Assembly (NCBI GenBank): GCA_965153455.1
Contig: OZ234494.1
Location: 2,480,001 to 2,544,000, forward strand
Length of the DNA: 64,000 nucleotides
Direction: 5' to 3'
Origin: Sphagnum compactum
Lineage: Eukaryota
In this document: piece by piece, positions 51,801 through 64,000 of the stretch
Layout: each line of letters starts with the position of its first letter
Numbering within the stretch: the first letter of the stretch is position 1
The notes under the pieces: generated by a model
Databases searched by the model: none
The model's input: the letters and a program-made list of their open reading frames with translations, nothing else
What the model was told of the DNA's origin: nothing
Made by a program: the position numbers and the translations under genes

Positions 51801-53152
51801 GAAGTGTGCAAGATAAAAGTTCAAATATAGTTTTATTCTAATAACATTAAAAAAATGAATACATGAAATGAAATGAACATGGCTATAATGTAAAATCATA
51901 TTTCAAACTAATGTTGAACAAATTAAAGATAATGAAAGGTCCTCTAATTAATTATATCCCTTTTGGGGACCTAGGCCAAGGAAGCATCCCTAAACAATTC
52001 CATATGCTCATTATCCAAAGAATCTTTTTGAGAACTTTTTTAAACCATAAATAAATGGATGATGTATGAAATTCATCTTTCAAATGAAAAATATCTATTA
52101 TGGATGGTCATGGATGAAATGATGTTATAATGGTGAAATCAATTGATGTTGACATATGTGACACCCAATGGATTTCCACTTTATGAGTTGGAGTCTCATA
52201 GGTGTCTCAAATATGTGGGACAAGGTTTCATATATTAAGAATTGGCAAAACGATTTATTAGCAAAATAAAAATTCAACAAGGTTTTCTAAACTTAATACC
52301 ACTTAACAAACCTAGATGTGCATCACTTTGTATCGTAAATTTGGTAAAAAATTTGACCCAATAAATAAACCCATGTTAAGTATAATGGATAAAAAAACAA
52401 GTGCAGGGGATGGGAGGTTGAATTAAAAATTGTCATGAAAGGATCCATTAAGGAGGTGAAGGTTGAATTTGGAACCATTTAGGAAGAGTTCCAACATGAT
52501 TGTGAAGACCAATAACATGAGTTGTTCCATCATCACAACCATAAGGAGGAGCTAACATAATGATCCCTTTCATGTTAAACACATGACGAATAAAAATTGG
52601 ATAATAAGAACCAATAATAGTTTTTTGAATTGCTATGATTAATAAGCTAATGTGGTAATACAAGATTGGTCCAAAAAAAAAAAAAAAGTTGAACAACGAT
52701 GTTTTGACAAAGTTTATACATTGTTTTGCAATGTTAAAAACCATTGGGGTTTCATTCGAAAATGTGTTGAAATTTTTTTATATTCATCGAATTATTTTCA
52801 AACTCATCCATATGTTAATTGATATATTAAAAAGGGTATATAAAAAATATGGCACACATTTTCAACATTAATTTGACTAGAGTTGTAAACATGTCAAACA
52901 CTAATTATTGTAACATTGGTTCCTATTATCATAATTTGACCTTGGTTTTTTTAATGTCAGTTTGTGAACTTGATCCTATTAAATAAGCATATATTATCAA
53001 GGGAAGATATTCAACAAGTATGAAATTTAACTTAACAAAACTTGAAAGTTTCAATGGGGTTAAAGACTAAAAGGTTGTAGATATTTGGTTTTTTAAACAA
53101 AAGATTATATTTGTGTCATGAAAGTTGATTGGGAGTTTGTGGTGGAGCTAAT

Positions 53153-54719
53153 TGATACACCCTTAGGTTTATCAAATGGCACTAGTGTGTTTAGGAACAT
53201 GTTAACTCTCAAATTTGAATAAAAATGCAAACCCAAGGCGCATACCTTAACTTTTAAAAAATAAACAAAGGTGTAAATTTTGGGATGAGAACTTTAGGAT
53301 GCGACTAAGACAAAACCCACAACTGAGAATTCAAAGTGAAATCAATTTGTATAACCAAGAAAAAAGGCTATTAATGCAAATTAAAACAAAAATGGTGCAC
53401 AATTAAACCATGGGCAAACCAAACTCAAAAAACACATCATGTAACCCAAACTTGAAAAAAATCACCACCTCTTTTCCTATAATATATTTTGTGACTAATA
53501 ACATGGGTTGCATCAAAATGGCAAGACTTCATGGGACTTACAAAATACTTTAAAGAAACAAGATTTTGAAAGTTTAAAAATTTCTTGATTTTGCCTAAGT
53601 TATGTGTCTTAAAATGTTACAGGCTCATAATTCTAACATACAACTTCAATTTTCAAGGGCAAAATTGTAACTATTTGAAAATGTCTTTTCAACATTGTAT
53701 CAAGGGAAAAATCATCCTTGTGTCATACCACTAAGAACCACCTCAAGGAATGGTTAAGGAACCAAAAATGGCCAAATCATTTTCCTGGGCCCTCTACTTT
53801 AAATGTTTTCACATCTATAAATTATTTTTACTTCATGTTTATCAATTGTATGCGCTAATATACAGTTTGAAGTTTATTTAGGAATTTAAAAAATTAAAAA
53901 ATGTTAAAAAATTGTATTCTTAATTAAAAAGGGCCCTTTTAAAAATTGATAGCCTTAACTTTGGAAATTCATAACTAAATCGTATTTTTTCAAATAATTG
54001 CCTAATAATAACTTAAAAATAGGATGGCTTCCAAATTACCTTAGGATAAACTTCCGAAGAAAATTCTCAAATCATATTTCAAATTTATGTTCTTGACCAT
54101 CAAATTCAAGGAAAGGAACCAACATGATATCTTTGAAACTTTTTTAAATGCAATGATTAGGAACATCAAAATACAAGACATTCTTGATATTAATGAAATT
54201 TCAAAATCTATGAAACCTAATAGATGTACTCATTAAAAAAATTATGAAAATATTTATTTAAATGTTTCTTGTGATTTCTCAAAGTTCAATGGGTCTAGAA
54301 AAATCAAGGTGTGATGTTCCTAGTGTTACCACCCAAAGGATGTTTTTGCCCTCAAATGTTTAATTTCTAAGGTCATTTGACTTTTTTTTTGGGTTTTAAT
54401 GGTTGAGTTACTTATTCGACTTTCAAATTTTTTGTGTGCATTTAACTTTAACTTAGAATACTAAATGGATAATGGGAGTTCATTTTTTATATTTAAGTTT
54501 CAAGACCTTTCTAATGGTATATTGAAGGCCTCATTTGGACTAAATATAGTACTTGCACTATTGTCCCAAAAGTTTGAAATTTTTTAAGACTTCAAGTTCA
54601 AAGTAAAAAAATGTTCAAGAGTGTTGGGACTAACTTTTTAACACTTTAAAAAAATTCCCACACATTCTCAAGTCTCATGTTTTATCTTTAGTTTCAAGCC
54701 CAAAATTAGGGTCACAACA
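53153..54719. mobile_element. Putative degraded solo LTR (TG..CA), probably with an internal insertion
   Basis: Starts TGATACACCC, ends AGCCCAAAATTAGGGTCACAACA; flanks CTAAT/TTGAT could be a decayed 5-bp TSD; non-coding. The resemblance to a bryophyte gypsy LTR is from recollection only and unverified. Confidence 0.35.
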
Positions 54720-54949
54720 TTGATTCAATCATATTTGAAAAGTTATGTTTCAACTTGGTGGAAAAAGGCGAAACAAAAAAATGCTAGAAACAATGGTTAT
54801 TCTTGAGAAAATTTCAATGATCACATTAAGTTGCAATTTATCCCAAAGAAATCCAATTATAGTTTGAGGTGCTGATTTTGAAACCTTGGAAATGATCGAA
54901 TGATAATCCACAATAGCATGTGAAATCGTACATCAAACTCATGTCATAG

Positions 54950-56070
54950 ATCATTCACATGCATGAGCTTGATTAGGTGTGCCATTTTGTGATGAGATTT
55001 CCAACTTGGCCAAATTGAAATTATAGGAAAATTGGCATGTTTCATTCTTAGAACTTATCACAAAAATGAAAATGTTCTCTGATGTGGGGTGTGGTGAATA
55101 ATTTGGGCCCAAAAATAAACACATCATGAAGGGTAATGGAGTCATGGACATGAGAATTCAAAAGGAAAAAGGCCCACATAGTTCAAAAGTACAAGTAAAC
55201 CCAAAGGGAATTTCTTGAAAAACATGGGCCCCTTTTAGAAAAACAATCCCAAAGGTGACTTGAGGAATTGGAAATCCAAGGGCCCATGCTTCAATTGCAA
55301 TGAGATAGGACATCATTCAAAATATTACCCCGAATGGAACCAGTGCAACTTAAAATTCATTTGGTAAATTTCCTAACCATCAACTTACACAAAATGAAGG
55401 TAATAAACTCATATTTTTGAAGGGAAAAAACTCTTAACATGAGGTTTTATGTCTTTTGCACATAGAGGCCTCCCATTCATTCAATACAACACAAGAAGGT
55501 TTCAAACAAATGGACTCAAACCAAAGGAGCTTAAATTAACCATGAAGGTGCATTTTATGAATAAAGTCCCCCATCCCACTTCAAGGTAGGCCAAGAATGT
55601 ACCTCTTTAATTTGGAATTTGGAAATAATAAATCTCATTGTGTTCAAGTAAGGCAAAAGGAAACATGTTTTGGGTATGGATTTCATAATTAAAAATTCTT
55701 AATGTGTCCATTGAAGGCCGTAATATGCTAATCACAATTCAATTTTAAAATGGAATAATTTGTGTGAAGACACATGAAGTGCTTAGTGTGGGCAAAGTGT
55801 CACAAATCGACCTGAGCCCAAACTTGGAAAAAGGAATGCATACAAAGGTGGTAAATGTTATGTGTGATGCAAGTAATGGATGAATCCAAACCTCATGAAG
55901 ACCTCAATCTTGTGAGTCCTCCTTAAATGTGTTTGACAATTGTTCGAAACATTTTTGGATGTGATGCCCAAAGAACCTTAGAGTGGATTGCCTTGAAAGG
56001 AATAATTGATCATGACATTGAAGTGATTTTTTGGACATTGCTCCTAGCAAATACACTGTATCGGATGAAT
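54950..56070 (+). mobile_element. Ty3/gypsy (chromovirus-like) gag-end/protease/pre-RT remnant
   Basis: 55925-56070 reads LFETFLDVMPKEP*SGLP*KGIIDHDIEVIFWTLLLANTLYRMN, a degraded form of the L.EF.DV.P.ELP.GLPP.R.VDH.IEL.PG..PP..APYRM linker; VLGMDF protease end near 55668. Confidence 0.55.
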
Positions 56071-57259
56071 CATTTATTTAGAATTTGACACATTTCATAC
56101 CAGATTTGTTGTAGATGATGTGTCATGTTTTTATTTGGAAAATAAGGTCAGGCCAAATAATAATGGACCACAACAAATAATTACCTTAAGCATAATTAAT
56201 ACAATAAAATTTAATAAAAAATCAACACCAAATTCCATTTGGTAAGAGCATGTGTAAAAAAATGCCACTCATAGCCAACAATTGCAATGCAGTTCAATTT
56301 GAAACATTTTTGAACCTTTATTGATATAACAAAAAAAATTCAATTTTAAAGCCAAAATAGATGACTAGATGATCAAATCTACATATTCATTATTATAGTT
56401 TACCAAAAAATGATTTTATTGAAAAAAATACATTCACTATTACAAAATGTGGGTGTAATTCACTAGTCCCCGTTCATTAAATGAATGAATTCATTACATC
56501 CTCATTAGGACTAATGGATTCATTCAAAATTTAGTGAAATGACTTAACGTACATGGACACATTTTGTTGTATTGATTTGAAAGGTCAATGCAAGTTACAT
56601 TGTACCAATATGGATGTGACAAATATAATTTTTGTAATGTGGGTGTAATTGATTAAGGTAAACTGTATATTAAATGTTGGAATTACCAATTTAGGAACTT
56701 GGTTTTATATTATTGACTTCAATATGTATGTGATACATGTTTGTTTTATCCATCATTTATGAAGTTGAATAAATTATGGATTTTCAAAGTAAAAAATTAG
56801 GGACCACCATTTGTTTACAAATTTTTATATGAATTTCAAAATGGTTTATTCATTGATACATATGGTTGTTAAGAACTAACATTTAATTATATATAATCAC
56901 ATTGAAAATAAGTTCCAAAAATTATGTTATATTTTTGCACATGTGTACAAAATAATAATATCTAGTTGGGGGTTGAATGGAAAAAATGGTTTGAAATCAA
57001 TGGATTATTATTGCCCAAATACCTAGTAATCTCATACTTTTAAAAAGAAGAATACAAAGAAAAATGAACTATATGGGATTTTTTTTTTCTACATTTTGGT
57101 CCACTCAACGTTGCACTCACCCACAATGAAAGTTTTGGATCAATTTGTTGACAATTTTATTCAAATTCAAATCTAACTTTTACAAGAAAACATTGTTTAT
57201 TTTTGTTCATTATTTAATAAACCCTTACTAATGTCCAAGATATTGTGTTAATTGTTGGT

Positions 57260-58250
57260 AATAGAAATTTCATTACATTTTCATTTTATTGATCCTTATA
57301 ACGTTTGAAATGTTTGTTTAGGTCTTTTTTAGATGATACATTACAAATTGGTGCCTAAAAAATTAATCCACCATTCTTGCAAGCCTATTGGTTTATTAGA
57401 GTTATTAAATCCACATTGTGTCCTTTATGTATCAAACTATGCACCATATTTGGTAAATTTCAATGGATCTAAAGAGGTTTTAACAAGCTCATGGAAGGTT
57501 TTTATCTTGGGATCCCAAATGCATTCTCAACAATGTTCTTTCCTTTGTGATGGATTCTTGTTATGTGGTTGTATGTAGTGTAGTGTCTTTGAAAGGCACA
57601 TAAGCCAACATAACAAAAATAATATTTATTATCAAAGAGGTATAATTCGTGAATGTTCTTTGATTATTGCGCTTTGTGAAAAATTATCTTTCATGTACAA
57701 CTTTGTGATAGATTATAAATGTTCAACTTGAAGTCATTAATGGAATTAGGTAACCCCATGCACATATCAAGAAATTTCATTTTTTGATCTTCAATTGTTT
57801 ATATGGCCATTGCTTTTGTAGATGAATAACAGTTGGTGGAGTGGACTTTTGACTTTTTGATGGTTTTTTCTATGCCAATTTGTGTGCCATCAATGGCACC
57901 TTGAATTGAAAGTGATTAACATAACACATAAAACCTTCCATTACCTTGTCAAATTCATTACCACGTGGATAAGAGATTTGATGCTTTAAGACTATATTGA
58001 TGGGATCAATAAAATTGTAAAACACCCTGCATATTGAAGATTTGCTAGTAAAAAAAATTCGAAACAAGGAAGTTACTTTATAGTTTGTATCTCTTTTCTT
58101 GATATGCATTTTGAATGTCTTCATCAATTGAAGGACAATTATCTTTTTTATGCAAACATTTTTGGTCCATTTGGCATCATTAAATTGTGTCCTCATGAAT
58201 TGTGAATACTAGGATGTTAATCTTACCTTAACTTGGTTTCCCAAGTTTTG
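57260..58250 (-). mobile_element. Harbinger/PIF (DDE_Tnp_4-type) transposase remnant
   Basis: Minus-strand YPRGNEFDKVMEGF..SIQGAIDGTQI (57872-57910) and KNIVENAFGI (57508-57540), matching the GAIDGTHI and VENAFG motifs; many stops. Confidence 0.7.
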
Positions 58251-59304
58251 AGTTTGTAATGTCATGTCATGTACATGATATTTGGAATTAGTGAAAGAGA
58301 AATGCATTATACATGTATATCAGAACATATGAAATTTGTTTTCATCATTTGGAGTTTGTTCCTCCTCAAAATCAAATCTTGGTTTGATCTTTAATGAATT
58401 ATTGAAGTTGTTGTATATCTAACAATAATTGAACAAATTGTGTGACCAATGGAAATTTCAAACTTCACATCATGTTGGACTATCATTTGCATAATCGAAT
58501 GTTGATGCAATATATGACCATACAATGCAATGAATATGTAAAGATATGCATTAACAACACTAAGCTATCAATGTAGATCTTGCTATCAATATTTTACATC
58601 TAGTTGTGTGTTAATAGAGAAAATGAAGATGAATACTTATATTTTACAACTTACTCAAGTTACCTGATAGGGTTTCACAATCTATCCTATCATCATGTCT
58701 AAATGGACCTGAAAATGGGGAAAAAAAACGATTAACACTTAAAAACCCAACAATGAATAAGTGACTAACTGCATAATGACTTTGCTTTTATGGGAGATTT
58801 AATTTTCAAACTTCAAATTTCCATTATTAAATTTAGAACTTCTCATATGCATTTCTATGGAACATGCCCATCCATCATATGCACACATAATACTTGAAAT
58901 GTCAATGATTGGTAAAAGTTCAAATCAAAATTTTATGGCTAAATCCTACACTAATGTGTAGTCTATCTCTTCCTTCTAATAGGCAAAGGCAACACAATTA
59001 ACAAAAGATAAATAGAAAAAAAGATAAATCACTAAAGTGAAAGTAGCTAAAACCATTAAAATAAATAGTTTGACATGAATTACTTTTGTTTTTATTTTTC
59101 CTTTAATCTTTTGCAAAATAAAGGATTTTGAACTTACACCAAGTGAGATAGAAAATTTTGAATTTTTGTAGAATAAATTTTAATTTTCAATTTGTTTTTG
59201 ATGAATTAACCTGAATTTGACATTAGCCTCCTCTATGAAATGTGCCTTTTAACATCATAAGCTCAATGAATCCTTGTTCAAGGATGGAAAGAAACATGAA
59301 TATT

Positions 59305-59940
59305 TTAGAAATTCACAATACAAATCACCAATAACCAAAATTGATAAATCTTTACAATGATGATTGATTCAATTGCAAAGTTCATCCATTATTCATTGAA
59401 AAGTCTATCCACAACAAACAAATGGAAAAAATAAATAAAATAATAATAATAATTGAGAAAAATGAATTAAAAAAATACAAATCACTACCAAATGGAATCG
59501 ATAATACTTGTAAGGGGTGATTGATTAGATCGCAAAGTTCATTCATTCTGCATTACAAAGTTCATCCATTATTCATTGAAAAGTCTGTCCACAATGAACG
59601 AGGGGGAAAAAAAAAAGAAAAAGAAAATCCATTATTCATGAAAAAGTCTATCCACAATGAACAAAGGGAAATTTTTTATTAAAAAAAAAAACTTTATAAT
59701 TGAGGGTGATAAAGTTAAAAAAATTCACTATTCAAAATAATAAATCACCACTAAATGAAATCAATAAAATTTACAGGGATAATTGATTAGAGATTACAAA
59801 GTTCATTCATTTTTCATTGCAAAGTTCATCCATTAGTCATTGCAAAGTTCATCCATTATTCATTGAAAAGTCTGTTCACAATGAACGAGTGAAAAAACAA
59901 GGGTAAAAAAAAAACACTTTATAATTGAGGAACATAAAGT
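59305..59940 (+). repeat. Higher-order tandem repeat upstream of SAC9
   Basis: Three long units, each containing CAAAGTTCATCCATTATTCATTGAAAAGTCT(A/G)T(C/T)CACAA, with a ~22-bp internal sub-repeat; an extra partial core near 59627. Confidence 0.85.
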
Positions 59941-60472
59941 TTATGTGGAAGTGAAGTGGTTTTTTTTTGGTTTTCACTTTTTACTGAACGGAAAATTTAC
60001 CGTTTGACTGAGTGCAAGCAAAGGGCTAGCTGGCGAGGGAGGCATGGAGGGCAGCAAAGCCCCAAGAGCAAACCCAATTCTGTTTTGTTTCTCGCAACAG
60101 CAGCGGCGCTTCGCACCCTCGGTGCCTGCCTGACTGCGGCTTTTTCTCAGCTGTTTTTGCATCTCCCTGATGCGTAACTTCAGTACCTATCTGCCAGTTT
60201 TTGTCTCGCATACATCCGTTGAGTATTCAGGAAGCAATAGATTTTTGTTTGAAGACCTAACTTTCTTTCTCTGTTTCCTCGTTTCGTTTCGTTTCGTTTT
60301 GTTGTTTTTCTAGATCTATCTTCCCTGTTTCATGTTGCGTGCGTTGTAAGTTTCATGGGAGAAGATGAAGAAGCGAGGAAGAAGCGATGTGTATGTATGA
60401 TTGATTGATTGATTCGTCGGGTTTCTTTTGGTTTTGGAGGCAAATTTTGGAGTGGTGTTATGTGGCGGGTTG

Positions 60473-64000
<3,528 letters not shown>

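Noticed and set aside
59305..59940. Possible CRISPR-like repeat-spacer array
   Set aside because: Intervening sequences are homologous to each other and irregular in length; eukaryotic context with no cas genes.

Overview
AT-rich eukaryotic (land-plant, most likely bryophyte/moss, e.g. Sphagnum-like; taxon is an inference) nuclear DNA with three intron-containing genes in a transposon-rich background. (1) A pseudo-response regulator clock gene (receiver-like + CCT, PRR7/PRR73-like; +, 5546-10555, 8 coding exons, ~952 aa). (2) A DUF936/CORD-family microtubule-associated protein (-, 30638-26478, 4 exons, ~890 aa, one GC-AG intron). (3) The 5' part of a SAC9-like phosphoinositide phosphatase with a WW domain (+, 60473 to beyond 64000). 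Intergenic DNA holds a degenerate Ty1/copia element with both LTRs, PBS, PPT and TSD (21745-25180), two CRE-type (RLE) non-LTR remnants, two PIF/Harbinger remnants, several Ty3/gypsy remnants (one with its PR-RT-RH block inverted relative to its integrase, and a non-autonomous CACTA element inserted in that integrase), plus MITE-like, tandem and dispersed repeats. I found no prokaryotic-type system (no CRISPR, rRNA or tRNA) and cannot support a wholly new biological system. The most unusual signals are the rearranged and nested transposons, a triplicated polypurine tract, and local duplications in and around the PRR gene. All coordinates and counts were read by hand.
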